Shown here in pieces: positions 51,479-61,608 of a stretch of 64,000 bases of DNA. Both the position numbers and the translations under genes were made by a program. The notes beneath the pieces were generated by a model. The model saw nothing but the letters and a program-made list of their open reading frames with translations, made no database searches and had not been told where the DNA came from. Origin of the DNA: an uncultured Desulfospira sp. GTDB taxonomy: Bacteria; Desulfobacterota; Desulfobacteria; Desulfobacterales; Desulfobacteraceae. How positions within the stretch are numbered: the stretch's first letter is position 1; every line of letters starts with the position of its first letter. The stretch covers positions 4,160,001-4,224,000 of the forward strand of contig OY760175.1 in NCBI GenBank assembly GCA_963663165.1. The letters are read 5' to 3'.

Positions 51479-52249
51479 CTACATCAATTTATCCGGCCTG
51501 TCCGCTTCAAGAATTATGCTGACCGCCTCCTGGGCCACGGCCAGGCCAAAGGCGCCGGGCACCCAGGAGACACTGCCCAGGGGGGGCCGGGACCGGCCGT
51601 GGCCGGGCAGGGGATCGTCAACATCAGCCGGCTTAAAGGGCTGTTTGTTCAAGGGGGGTTCGGTGGAATAAACACAGCGCACCCCGTCATAAAGCCCCCG
51701 CCGGTGGAGCCGCTGCCGGACCACCCGGGCCAGGGGACAGACACTGGATTCGCTGATATCCCCGGTTTTGATCATGGATATGTCGGTTCTGCCGGCCGCG
51801 CCCATGGCAGAGACCACGGGAAGGTTCATCAGTCTTGCCCCGAAAATCAGGTTGACCTTTGAGTTGAGCCCGTCAATGGCGTCTACCACCAGGGTAAGGT
51901 CCGGGGATAAGAGATCGGTTAAGCTGTCGGCATTGACAAAGGCCGAGTGAAGGTCCACCCGGCATTCCGGGTTGATGTCCAGGACCCGTTCCCTGGCAAG
52001 TTCCGCCTTTGACCGTCCCACCGTAGAGTTCAACGCCAGAATCTGCCGGTTGATGTTGGACAGATCCACCCGGTCAAAGTCCACCAGCCTTAAAAAGCCG
52101 ATGCCGGACCGGGCCAGGGCCTCAAGGGCAAAGGACCCCACGGCCCCGAGGCCGAACACGGCCACCCGGGCGGATTTGATTTTTTTCATGTTGTCGGGGC
52201 CTAACAGCTGTTCAATGCGGGCAAACTGGTCCAAAACAGGCGTCCTCAA
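51479..52249 (-). CDS. tcdA: tRNA threonylcarbamoyladenosine dehydratase (ThiF family)
   Basis: GLGAVGS, SNINRQ, DAID, SAMGAAG, CPLAR, YSTE. Confidence 0.85.
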   Translation of the reverse strand: MRTPVLDQFARIEQLLGPDNMKKIKSARVAVFGLGAVGSFALEALARSGIGFLRLVDFDRVDLSNINRQILALNSTVGRSKAELARERVLDINPECRVDLHSAFVNADSLTDLLSPDLTLVVDAIDGLNSKVNLIFGARLMNLPVVSAMGAAGRTDISMIKTGDISESSVCPLARVVRQRLHRRGLYDGVRCVYSTEPPLNKQPFKPADVDDPLPGHGRSRPPLGSVSWVPGAFGLAVAQEAVSIILEADRPDKLM

Positions 52250-53031
52250 GGCAGAATAGGGTTAAATATCTTCAGGCTGTTGGCATAGGCCCGGTCACAG
52301 AAAGTTTTTTCATCCATCCCCTTTAACCGGGCCGCGATGCCGGCAATGGCGGGGACATTGGCCGGTTCGTTGAGTGTTGAAGAAGGGGGCTCATGGCCAA
52401 GGCTGGGATAGATGTCCGGGGCGTCAGTTTCCAGCAGCAGCCGGTCCATGGCGACGGCCCCAAGGGCTTTGACGGTTTTTTTGGCGTTGGGCCGGGTCAC
52501 GGACCCGGAAAAGGACAGATAGAGATGGTATTTTTCTAAAACCGCTGCCATGTCCGCTGACCCGGAATAGGAGTGGATCAGCCCCGGGGTTTTTAACGGG
52601 CCGGTCTTTTTTAAGATCTGGATTAAGCCGTCCCAGGCCTTTCTGATGTGGATGTTGATGGGCCGTTTGAATTCAAGGGCAAGGCCCAGGTGAAATTTAA
52701 ACACCGTTACCTGAAGGTCCCGGTCAGCGGTTTTATCCATAAAGTCCAGGCCGGTCTCCCCGATGCCCCAGGGACCTGATCCCACCCGGTCGGCCAGGAC
52801 CTGCCGCCAGTTGTCCGACAGCGAATCTAAAAACCAGGGATGAATCCCGTAACAGGGCAGAACGCTTTGATACCTTTGGGCCAGGCGGGCCGTGGTTTCA
52901 AAGTTGCTTTCCATGGTGCTGCACGTGACCATATAGTCCACCCCGGACCGGGCCGCACGGCCGATGATATGGTCCATATCATGGATGATCCGGTCATCGT
53001 GGAGGTGGCAGTGGGAATCAATATACCGCAT
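52246..53031 (-). CDS. tatD: TatD-family hydrolase
   Basis: DSHCH, GIHPW, IGETGLD, HSYSG, ETDAP. Confidence 0.9.
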   Translation of the reverse strand: MRYIDSHCHLHDDRIIHDMDHIIGRAARSGVDYMVTCSTMESNFETTARLAQRYQSVLPCYGIHPWFLDSLSDNWRQVLADRVGSGPWGIGETGLDFMDKTADRDLQVTVFKFHLGLALEFKRPINIHIRKAWDGLIQILKKTGPLKTPGLIHSYSGSADMAAVLEKYHLYLSFSGSVTRPNAKKTVKALGAVAMDRLLLETDAPDIYPSLGHEPPSSTLNEPANVPAIAGIAARLKGMDEKTFCDRAYANSLKIFNPILP

Positions 53032-53048
53032 GGCAGACGGCTGCCGGA

Positions 53049-53510
53049 TCAGGCGTTAAGCCGGCTGTTGTGAATGGCCAAAAGGGCCATGTGGTAGCCA
53101 AAATGGCCGAACCCCGTGATCTGGCCTGTGGCAATTCCGGCCACAAAGGATTTATGGCGGAATGCTTCGCGTTTGTGGATGTTGGACAGATGAACTTCGG
53201 CAATGGGGCAGGAGAGAAGGAGGAGGGCATCCCGCAGGGCCACACTGGTGTGGGTTAAAGCCCCGGGGTTGATAATCACGCCGGCCGGGTCCTGCTCAAA
53301 AATGGCCTGGATATAATCCACCAGGGCCCCTTCATGGTTGGACTGGAAAAAGGCCAGGTCAAGGCCCAGGTTCCGGGCGGCGTTTTCCAGTTCAGTGTTG
53401 ATCTGCTCCAGGGTTAGGGACCCGTAAACTTCAGGTTCCCGCTTTCCCAGCATGTTCAGGTTCGGGCCGTTGATCACGTGGATCCGGCCGGTGTCAGTCT
53501 TTTTTTTCAT
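53049..53510 (-). CDS. aroQ: Type II 3-dehydroquinate dehydratase
   Basis: [29 protein letters not shown]. Confidence 0.96.
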   Translation of the reverse strand: MKKKTDTGRIHVINGPNLNMLGKREPEVYGSLTLEQINTELENAARNLGLDLAFFQSNHEGALVDYIQAIFEQDPAGVIINPGALTHTSVALRDALLLLSCPIAEVHLSNIHKREAFRHKSFVAGIATGQITGFGHFGYHMALLAIHNSRLNA

Positions 53511-53741
53511 TTTTATCAGATCTTTTTAAGGTTATGCACCGATTCTTCCCTTACTATCACATCTTTCCGGGAAAGGGAAAGTCAACCTATTCGGCAGCCA
53601 ATGTAGGGGATTAGGCTGAAGGCTGAAGGGGTTTAGGGTTGTGCATCCCTTCAGCCTAACCACCTTCAGTCTAATTACCTTTTCTACATTAATTTTACTA
53701 CCAATAACCCAAAATCATGCCGGATTATAAATGTGGTTGCC

Positions 53742-54347
53742 CTATTCACTAACCGTTAGCCTGATTTTTTGATAGGGTTCAATGGCCGTTAACAGCTGTT
53801 CAGGTGCAACCGGTTTTGAATCAAGGGTTGTGCGGCATATGGCGTTGAGGACATCTGGCCGCCGTTTCATGAAAGAGACAAATGAACGGCCAGATACCGT
53901 AACGCCAGCCTCTAAAAGCCCGGTACTTTTATCCCTTGCGATCTGGTTGAATAACTTTAAGGTTACCGTTACACCTCCCCCTTTTCCGTTTTCCCGGGCC
54001 GCCTTTTCAGGCACGGTGCGCAATGAACTGTGGATGCCGCCTTTTCTGAAAATGGCCCCGGCAAGACCCGGCATGGCAGCGGAGAGGGCCACCACCGCCC
54101 GGGTTCCCTCAATAGGGGTCTTCAGGTCGTCAACGGGATTGCTGTTCAAAAAGATGGTTTGCACTTTTTGGGCCACATAGGTTTGTGAAAAGCCCGGGCA
54201 GGAGCAGATAAAATCACCGAGCAGTACACCGGATACTGCTTCAATTTCAATGCCGGATTGAAACAGAGTTGAAAACATGACCGCCTTTCCGGGTAAAACC
54301 GTAAACCGGACGTCGGGTAAGGTGCCTGAATATGAGTCTTTTTTCAT
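53742..54347 (-). CDS. Hypothetical protein divergent from the AOR gene
   Basis: 201 aa; QTIFLNSNPVDD, LSAAMPGLAGA. Confidence 0.7.
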   Translation of the reverse strand: MKKDSYSGTLPDVRFTVLPGKAVMFSTLFQSGIEIEAVSGVLLGDFICSCPGFSQTYVAQKVQTIFLNSNPVDDLKTPIEGTRAVVALSAAMPGLAGAIFRKGGIHSSLRTVPEKAARENGKGGGVTVTLKLFNQIARDKSTGLLEAGVTVSGRSFVSFMKRRPDVLNAICRTTLDSKPVAPEQLLTAIEPYQKIRLTVSE

Positions 54348-54721
54348 TTATAACCGGTGTTGCCCATTGGCAGTATACTGAAAAACGACTTGTGCAAGCA
54401 TTGGCATTATCTCTCCTTGGGGTGTGGAAATATATGTTTTTTATATGTTGTTATTTAACCAAAATCCGATTAAAATTAAACGACTTTTTAACAGGTTAAT
54501 ACTTTTACAGGCCCTGTTAAACAAAAGAGTTTTTGTAACTATTCAGCTAATGCTGAAAACTAAGCAACAGCAGGGTCCGTAACTGTTTATCAGTGCTTCA
54601 TATTTGTTTAGTCAGGACTTCGTAGCATACTTTTGCTATGTGAGAAGGCCTGAATGAGCGAAGATGGGGCACTGCTGAACAGTTACGAGTTTTTTTAATT
54701 TACAGATATGGAGGACAGGCA

Positions 54722-56452
54722 ATGGCTGAGAAAATTTTAAGGGTAAACATGTCGGATCTAAGCACAACAGTTGAATCCGTACCGGATCAATGGATGGGGC
54801 TTGGCGGCCGGGGGTTGACTTCAACCGTTGTTGCTGCCGAGGTTGAGCCCACCTGTCACCCCTTAGGACAGCACAACAAGCTGGTTATTGCACCGGGCCT
54901 GCTCTCCGGCACCCCTGCGGCCAATTCGGGCCGTCTCTCCTTTGGATCAAAGAGCCCGCTGACCGAAACCATCAAAGAGTCCAACGCCGGCGGTACGTCG
55001 GCCCAGTTTCTGGCCCGGCTCGGGATTAAAGCCATCATCATTGAAGGCAAGCCCGCGGACGATAAAAAATGGTACTCCCTCCACGTGGATGAGCAGGGGG
55101 CGGCCATCAAGGAAGAGACCGAGACCATCGGCAAGGGCAATTTTGAAACCATTCAAATCCTCAATGAGAGACTGGGTGACAAAATCGGGGTGATCGCCAT
55201 TGGCCCTGCCGGTGAAATGCTCATGAGCGCCGCCAATCTCTCCATAAAGGACCCTGACAGCCACATCCGGTCTGCCGGCCGGGGGGGCCTGGGCGCGGTC
55301 ATGGGGACCAAACGGATAAAGTTTATCTCCGTTGAACCCAGCAAGGCCAAAATAGACATTGCTAACCCGGACGCCTTCAAAGCGGCCAATAAGGCGTTCT
55401 CCAAAGCCCTGGTCAACCATCCGGTCAGCCAGAGTCTCGGACAGTACGGCACCAATGTCCTGGTCAACGTGATTAACGAATCCGGCGGACTGCCCACCAG
55501 AAATTTTACCGGCGGACAGTATGAGCAGCATGACGCCATCTCCGGCGAAACCATGTATGACACCATCACGGCCCGGGGCGGCAAACCCAAACACAACTGC
55601 CATCCGGGCTGCGTTATTCAATGTTCCCAGATCTACGCGGACCTGAAAGGCAAATACAAAACCTCCGGGTTTGAATATGAAACCATCTGGGCCTTTGGCG
55701 CGGACTGCTGCATCGACAACCTGGACCATGTGGCCGAAGCCGACAGCATTCTGGATGATCTCGGCCTGGATTCCATTGAAATCCCCGTGGCATTTGGCGT
55801 GGCCATGGAAGCGGGTATCCTTAATTTTGGCGACGGCCTTGAAGTCTGCCGCATCCTTCGCGAGGAAGTCGGCAAAGGGACCCCCTTGGGAAGAATTATC
55901 GGCAACGGCGCCGCATCCGTAGGGAAAATGTTCGGTGCCACCCGGGTCCCGGTGGTAAAGGGGCAGGCCATTCCCGCCTATGATCCCCGGGCCATTAAAG
56001 GCATCGGCATCACCTATGCCACCTCCACCCAGGGGGCGGACCACACCATGGGATACACCATTGCCACCAACATCCTCGGGGTGGGCGGTACTGTTGACCC
56101 CTTGAGCAAGGAAGGACAGGTGGAACTTTCCCGGAACCTCCAGATTGCCACCGCAGCCATTGATTCCACGGGCATGTGCCTGTTCATCGCCTTTGCGGCG
56201 CTGGATGATGAAACCTGCCTGCCGTCCCTGATCGACATGATCAATGCCCGGTTCGGCATCTCCCTGACCGCAGATGACGTGACCAACCTGGGCAAATCCA
56301 TCTTGAAGACCGAACATAATTTTAACCTGGCCGCAGGGTTCACCAACAAGGATGACCGGCTGCCGGAATTCTTCAAAACCGAAGCCATTGCGCCCCACAA
56401 TGTGGTCTGGGATATCAGTGATGAAACCATTGACTCCTTCTGGGATTTTTAA
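54722..56452 (+). CDS. aor: Aldehyde:ferredoxin oxidoreductase (W/Mo-pterin)
   Basis: KSPLT..KESNAGG, GRGGLGAVMG, CxxGCxxxC, EYET, DDLGLD, YDPR. Confidence 0.93.
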   Translation: MAEKILRVNMSDLSTTVESVPDQWMGLGGRGLTSTVVAAEVEPTCHPLGQHNKLVIAPGLLSGTPAANSGRLSFGSKSPLTETIKESNAGGTSAQFLARLGIKAIIIEGKPADDKKWYSLHVDEQGAAIKEETETIGKGNFETIQILNERLGDKIGVIAIGPAGEMLMSAANLSIKDPDSHIRSAGRGGLGAVMGTKRIKFISVEPSKAKIDIANPDAFKAANKAFSKALVNHPVSQSLGQYGTNVLVNVINESGGLPTRNFTGGQYEQHDAISGETMYDTITARGGKPKHNCHPGCVIQCSQIYADLKGKYKTSGFEYETIWAFGADCCIDNLDHVAEADSILDDLGLDSIEIPVAFGVAMEAGILNFGDGLEVCRILREEVGKGTPLGRIIGNGAASVGKMFGATRVPVVKGQAIPAYDPRAIKGIGITYATSTQGADHTMGYTIATNILGVGGTVDPLSKEGQVELSRNLQIATAAIDSTGMCLFIAFAALDDETCLPSLIDMINARFGISLTADDVTNLGKSILKTEHNFNLAAGFTNKDDRLPEFFKTEAIAPHNVVWDISDETIDSFWDF

Positions 56453-56505
56453 CGGCTTCCCGCTATGGATCATGATTTAAAACCTTTTGGCGGTTATTGG
56501 GCGGC

Positions 56506-56730
56506 ATGCAGATTACCGTAAGATTATTTGCCTATTTCCGGGATGGCCGGTTCAAAGAGAAGGTTATGGATTTTCCCCAGGGAACAACGGTAGAAAACAT
56601 CGTTGATTCCCTGGGGATAAACCCACAGGAGGTAGGCATCACCATGATCAATTCCCGCCACTGCCCCCTGGACCAAATCCCTGAAGAATCCGACAAACTG
56701 GCCATTTTCCCCGTAATCGGCGGGGGATAG
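56506..56730 (+). CDS. MoaD/ThiS sulfur carrier
   Basis: VRLFAYFR ... IFPVIGGG C-terminus. Confidence 0.92.
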   Translation: MQITVRLFAYFRDGRFKEKVMDFPQGTTVENIVDSLGINPQEVGITMINSRHCPLDQIPEESDKLAIFPVIGGG

Positions 56731-56832
56731 CCCAGAACAAACTCATTTTAAAAAAAGATATGATATGATAAGATTCCCGGTGGTTATGATTAATACCGGC
56801 GGATACACCATTGGCTTGCTTTTTTTAACATT

Positions 56833-58110
56833 ATGAAAAATTTCTTCAATCTCAAAAGCTCTTCGGAAGTCCTTGCCTTATATGAGCAGTTTGTTCCATT
56901 GGCAGCAGAAAATATAGATCTGATTTCTGCCCGGGGCCGTATTTTAGCAAAGGATATTTTCAGCCCGGAACAGCTCCCGCCCTTTTTCCGGTCCACCATG
57001 GACGGATTTGCGGTGCGGGCCCGGGACACCTTTGGCTGTTCCGAATCTGAACCGGCCCTGATGGAGATGATCCATGAAGTTAAGATGGGCCATACCAGCC
57101 GGGATATCACCCTTGGCCCGGGCCAGGCCGCCCGGATCTGGACCGGCGGGGAACTGCCCCAAAAAGCCGATGCCGTGGTCATGCTGGAATATACCAGGGA
57201 TTTTGATGAAAACAGCATTGCCATATACAGACCGGTTGTCCCGGGGGAAAATGTGATCACCGCCGGCGAGGATTACCAGAAAGGGGAGTTGGTCCTGCCC
57301 CGGGGCCGCATATTGCGCCCCCAGGACATGGGGGTTCTCTCCGGCCTGGGCATTTCAAGCCTCCCGGTTTATCAGCGCCCGAAAGTGGCCGTCATTTCCA
57401 CCGGTGATGAACTGGTGCCGGCCGACACCCCGGCACCGGCTCCGGGAAAAATCAGGGACATCAATTCCACCACCCTGGCGGCCCTCATTGCTGAAGCCGG
57501 CGGGATCCCCATCTTATGCGGCATCTGCAATGACGATTTTGATGCCCTGGTGGACAGGAGTTCAAAGGCCATTGACCAGGCAGACATCCTGGTGTTCTCC
57601 GGCGGCAGTTCCGTGGGGATGAGGGATTTTACCCTCAAGGTTATCGAATCCATAACAGACGCCCAGCTCCTGGTCCATGGGATTGCCATCCGCCCGGGAA
57701 AACCCACCATTATCGCCCGGCAGCACAACAAGGCCCTGATCGGGCTTCCCGGCCATGTCACCTCGGCCATTGTTATTTTTTATCTTTTTGTCCGGCCGCT
57801 AATTCGAAAGCTTTCCGGCCTTTGCGCCTCTCACGGGTTGCGAATGGTCCGGGGCAGAACCACCCAGCCCATTGCCTCGGTCAGTGGCAGAGAAGATTAT
57901 GTCAGGGTACAGCTGACCATGGCCCGGGGGGATACCGGCCTTGAGGTAGCGCCCCTTTACGGCCGTTCAGGACTGATCGCCCCGCTGGTTGACGCCCACG
58001 GGCTGCTGCCCATCGGACGGGATACCGAGGGGCTGGACAAGGGGAGTGTGGTCGATGTACTGCTTTTTCCCGATGAACATCATACCGGATTTAATCCATC
58101 ACTGATGTAA
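56833..58110 (+). CDS. moeA: Molybdopterin molybdo/tungstotransferase
   Basis: STMDGFAV, STGDEL, SGGSSVG, RPGKP, GLPG. Confidence 0.93.
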   Translation: MKNFFNLKSSSEVLALYEQFVPLAAENIDLISARGRILAKDIFSPEQLPPFFRSTMDGFAVRARDTFGCSESEPALMEMIHEVKMGHTSRDITLGPGQAARIWTGGELPQKADAVVMLEYTRDFDENSIAIYRPVVPGENVITAGEDYQKGELVLPRGRILRPQDMGVLSGLGISSLPVYQRPKVAVISTGDELVPADTPAPAPGKIRDINSTTLAALIAEAGGIPILCGICNDDFDALVDRSSKAIDQADILVFSGGSSVGMRDFTLKVIESITDAQLLVHGIAIRPGKPTIIARQHNKALIGLPGHVTSAIVIFYLFVRPLIRKLSGLCASHGLRMVRGRTTQPIASVSGREDYVRVQLTMARGDTGLEVAPLYGRSGLIAPLVDAHGLLPIGRDTEGLDKGSVVDVLLFPDEHHTGFNPSLM

Positions 58111-58242
58111 CCGCACCGGGCTGATTGGGTTGTCTAATCCGGATAAGCCCACAACATAAAGAGAGCCTGAAGGGGCGAAGCAACCCTAACAGCCTTCAGT
58201 CTAAACCCCTTCAGCCTTTCACAAAACCTGAAAGGAAATAAC

Positions 58243-60189
58243 GTGCCAGCCAAACGAAATGTTTATTTAAACATGAAGTCCAGGGGTGAGGCAAAACAAC
58301 TGTTTTTTGCCCGTTTTTCAGGGTACAGAACCGGTCAGGAAACCATTGGTGTCCGGTCTTCAGGGGGCCGGGTAACGGCAGCGCCGGTGTTTGCAAGGTT
58401 TTCTTCTCCATCCTTTCATTCGGCCGCCATGGACGGGATCGCCGTTCTGGCCAGAGAAACCTTCAGCGCCTCGGATCAGGCGCCCCTTACCCTTTCCCTT
58501 GAAGCCGGGCAGGCGGTAATGATCAATACCGGCCATCCCATGCCTCAGGACAAAGACGCCGTCATCATGATCGAAGATATTGTCATGGCAGAAGACGGCA
58601 ATACCACTGTGATTCGCAAGCCTGCGTACCCCTGGCAGCATGTCCGCAAAGTCGGCGAGGATATCGTGGCTTCCGAGCTGTTGTTTCCCACCGGGCATCA
58701 AATTGTACCGGCGGATATGGCGGCCCTGATAACGGCCGGCTGTTCACAGATCAGTGTCCGCTGCCGCCCTAAGCTTACCATTATCCCCTCGGGTTCAGAG
58801 CTGATAGAACTTGACGACACCCTTTCTGAACTGCCTGCCGGCAAAACCATCGAATCCAACTCGGCCGCCCTTTGCGCCCTTGCCGAGCAGGCCGGGGCCA
58901 GGGTCTGGATTGAGCCCATCATAGAAGATGATTTGGCCGGCTTAAAAAACCGGCTGCTCACCGCCGTGAAGAGCGATGCCGATATGGTCATCATCAACGC
59001 AGGATCTTCTGCGGGCAGTGCCGATTACACCCTGCCGGCCATAGAAGAACTCGGAGAGGTACTCACCCACGGCATTACCATCATGCCCGGCAAACCCACC
59101 ATTCTGGGCATTATTGAAAATAAACCCGTGGTCGGTATTCCCGGCTATCCCGTATCGGCCATCATTGCCATGGAGGAATTTGCCGTTCCCCTTCTGGCCG
59201 GCATGCAGGGCATCACCCTTCCGGCTTCCCGGACCATAGAAGCCGTTATTACCAAAGATCTGCCCTCAAAATCCGGTATTGAGGAATTCCGGCGCATGGT
59301 GGTGGGCAAAATTGGCGAAACATATGTGGCCACGCCTTTGAAAAAAGGGGCCGGGGCCATCACCACCCTGACCCGGGCCAACGGGATGCTCAAAATTGAA
59401 GCCGGGGCTGAGGGCATAAAAGGGGGAACAAAAAAGACCATTGAACTACTCGCCCCCAGGTCCCGGATTGATGCCACCATTCTGTGTACCGGAAGCCATG
59501 ATTTAAGCCTTAATGTTCTGGGCGACCTTCTCCAGAAAAACGAGCCGTCGTTTTCCCTTTCATCATCCCATGTGGGCAGTCTTGGCGGGATTATCGCCAT
59601 TAAAGACGGGATGTGCCATATGGCGGGCAGCCACCTTCTTGACGTAAATGACGGCTCCTACAACGTGCAAACCATCAAAAAGTACATCAAGGGCAAGGAC
59701 CTGCGGTTAATTACCCTGGTTTATAGAGAACAGGGATTTATCGTAAAACCCGGTAACCCTAAAAACATTCATTCCATTGCCAGCCTTCTGGAAAACGATA
59801 TCAAATTTATCAACCGCCAGGCCGGATCCGGCACAAGGGTGCTGTTTGACTATGAACTAGACCGGAACCATCTGGACTGCGATGATATTGACGGGTATGA
59901 CCAGGAGGAGTACACCCATATGGCCGTGGCCGTGGCGGTTCTTTCGGGCCGGGCCGATACGGGCTTGGGGATAAAATCCGCGGCCCAGGCCATGGGCTTG
60001 GGCTTTGTTCCCCTGGTTGAAGAACGGTATGACCTGATCATCCCCGAAGCGGTGTTTGGCACACCGGCCATGGCCCATACCATGGAACTGATCAACGGCA
60101 GGGAATTCAAACAGGCCGTGGAAGCCCTTGGCGGTTATTCCACACGGGAAACCGGAAACGAAGTTAGTTTAGGACCGCAAATTTTATAA
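58243..60189 (+). CDS. moeA: MoeA fused to a PBP (LysR substrate-binding-like) domain
   Basis: AAMDGIAV, PGKP, GIPGYP, then GSHD, GSLGG, NRQAGSGTR. Confidence 0.92.
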   Translation: MPAKRNVYLNMKSRGEAKQLFFARFSGYRTGQETIGVRSSGGRVTAAPVFARFSSPSFHSAAMDGIAVLARETFSASDQAPLTLSLEAGQAVMINTGHPMPQDKDAVIMIEDIVMAEDGNTTVIRKPAYPWQHVRKVGEDIVASELLFPTGHQIVPADMAALITAGCSQISVRCRPKLTIIPSGSELIELDDTLSELPAGKTIESNSAALCALAEQAGARVWIEPIIEDDLAGLKNRLLTAVKSDADMVIINAGSSAGSADYTLPAIEELGEVLTHGITIMPGKPTILGIIENKPVVGIPGYPVSAIIAMEEFAVPLLAGMQGITLPASRTIEAVITKDLPSKSGIEEFRRMVVGKIGETYVATPLKKGAGAITTLTRANGMLKIEAGAEGIKGGTKKTIELLAPRSRIDATILCTGSHDLSLNVLGDLLQKNEPSFSLSSSHVGSLGGIIAIKDGMCHMAGSHLLDVNDGSYNVQTIKKYIKGKDLRLITLVYREQGFIVKPGNPKNIHSIASLLENDIKFINRQAGSGTRVLFDYELDRNHLDCDDIDGYDQEEYTHMAVAVAVLSGRADTGLGIKSAAQAMGLGFVPLVEERYDLIIPEAVFGTPAMAHTMELINGREFKQAVEALGGYSTRETGNEVSLGPQIL

Positions 60190-60194
60190 AGGGA

Positions 60195-60307
60195 TCAAAA
60201 TTACTTGTTCTTTGACTCATCTACTGCGTTGCATCAAAGGCCCAATAGCCCTACTATTGGGCCTTTGATGCGCCTTGTATATGAGCCAAAGCCCGGCGCA
60301 ATTTTGA
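60195..60307. repeat. Long bulged palindrome (REP/MITE-like)
   Basis: tcaaaatt..gcatcaaaggcccaatag-ccta-ctattgggcctttgatgc..aattttga. Confidence 0.85.
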
Positions 60308-61012
60308 CCACTTTATTTCATCTGAGGTCCTTAGGGTAACCCATTCGTTGTTTTTCAGGTCCATGATCAGGCAGCCATCGGCAAGGTCCGACGGCTGTGC
60401 CAGCAAAATTTTCAAGGTTTCGGAAACCTGGATGCCGGCCACCAAAGCAACGGTAAAGGAGAGGACTGACGGCGGCTTTTGCCGGGCTTGATCAATGTGC
60501 CGGGGATAGAGTTTCCGGTACAGATCCCCCTTGGGCAGCTGAACCCCGGCCTGGCCGGTCCAGCCGCTGACCGCCCCGTATACCAGGGCTTTGCCGTACC
60601 GGGAGCAAAGGTCTGAAAGGTCGCGCCTGGCGTCCACATTATCCAGGCAGTCCACCACGGCATCTGCCCGGCCAAATATGTCCGGGTCCGTAACCTTTCG
60701 AAAATCCATGGGAAAGGGAACCACCTGGCCAAAGGGATGAATCTTTTCAGACCGCCTGGCCGCTACCTCGGCCTTGTTTTGGCCTATGGTCTCACTGGTG
60801 GCATTGAGCTGCCGGTTGCAGTTGCTGATGGAAAACAGATCCGGGTCAAAGCAGTCGATATGGCCGACCCCTAAGCGGACCAGCTGTTCGATGACATACC
60901 CGCCAAGCCCGCCGCAGCCCACCACACAAACCCTTTTTTGCTGTAGATTTTTCTGCTGCTCGTGTGTTAGGGTATCCCAGTTTTTTGCAAAAATATCCCT
61001 ATAATCCGGCAT
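60254..61012 (-). CDS. ThiF/MoeB-family adenylyltransferase
   Basis: GCGGLG, SNCNRQ, DCLDN; stop codon lies inside the palindrome. Confidence 0.9.
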   Translation of the reverse strand: MPDYRDIFAKNWDTLTHEQQKNLQQKRVCVVGCGGLGGYVIEQLVRLGVGHIDCFDPDLFSISNCNRQLNATSETIGQNKAEVAARRSEKIHPFGQVVPFPMDFRKVTDPDIFGRADAVVDCLDNVDARRDLSDLCSRYGKALVYGAVSGWTGQAGVQLPKGDLYRKLYPRHIDQARQKPPSVLSFTVALVAGIQVSETLKILLAQPSDLADGCLIMDLKNNEWVTLRTSDEIKWSKLRRALAHIQGASKAQ

Positions 61013-61034
61013 TACAGCCCCCTTAAAGACGGCC

Positions 61035-61427
61035 ATGACACAACATAAAAATTCACCCGGCTACAATAACAAGACGGTTTTGCGATGGTTCAATATCGCT
61101 GTCAGAACCGGTCATCTGGCCGCCATGGCCGTGTATTTCGGCGGTTCGCTATTGTCTGTTTCCCACGACAGCCTGCTGCCCTGGTTCCATGGGGTTGTTG
61201 TCAGTGGCCTGCTGCTGGCAGGGTTTGAATATCTTCATGACCGCCGCTGGCCCCACCGGGGCAACGGCCTTATGAGCTATTTTCATATCCTCTGTACGGT
61301 TCTTGCCGTTACAATTGAGAGCCTAACGCTGCCGCTGTTGTGGGTGGTGCTCATCAGCGGATCGGTATGCAGTCATGCGTCACGCAAGTACAGGCACTGG
61401 TCCTTTATCGAAGGCCCGGAAAAATAG
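61035..61427 (+). CDS. Hypothetical membrane protein
   Basis: 130 aa, about 4 hydrophobic segments, several His. Confidence 0.7.
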   Translation: MTQHKNSPGYNNKTVLRWFNIAVRTGHLAAMAVYFGGSLLSVSHDSLLPWFHGVVVSGLLLAGFEYLHDRRWPHRGNGLMSYFHILCTVLAVTIESLTLPLLWVVLISGSVCSHASRKYRHWSFIEGPEK

Positions 61428-61428
61428 T

Positions 61429-61549
61429 GTTTGAACGAGAAGCCACCCATCTGCTGCGTTGTAGAAAAAACGGCAATCCTCACAACCGCCAGGTTGCTCC
61501 GGTTGCCATTTTTTCTACGCCTTGCATATGGGCAACTTCTCGTCCAAAC
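61429..61549. repeat. Long bulged palindrome, same core as 60195-60307
   Basis: gtttgaacgagaag..catctgctgcgttg...cgccttgcatatg..cttctcgtccaaac. Confidence 0.85.
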
Positions 61550-61608
61550 GCGGGTTACCAGCCGTACCGCACGGCTGGCAGCTGACAGCTAATGGCTAAC
61601 AGCTAAAA

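Noticed and set aside
48949..53031. HerA plus TatD/ThiF as a defence system
   Set aside because: Host-like composition, co-oriented with aroQ, and TcdA/TatD look housekeeping; no effector partner seen. Not fully excluded.
54947..56473. 508-aa antisense ORF and other long shadow ORFs
   Set aside because: Antisense to well-supported genes, expected with GC-rich codon usage, no motifs.
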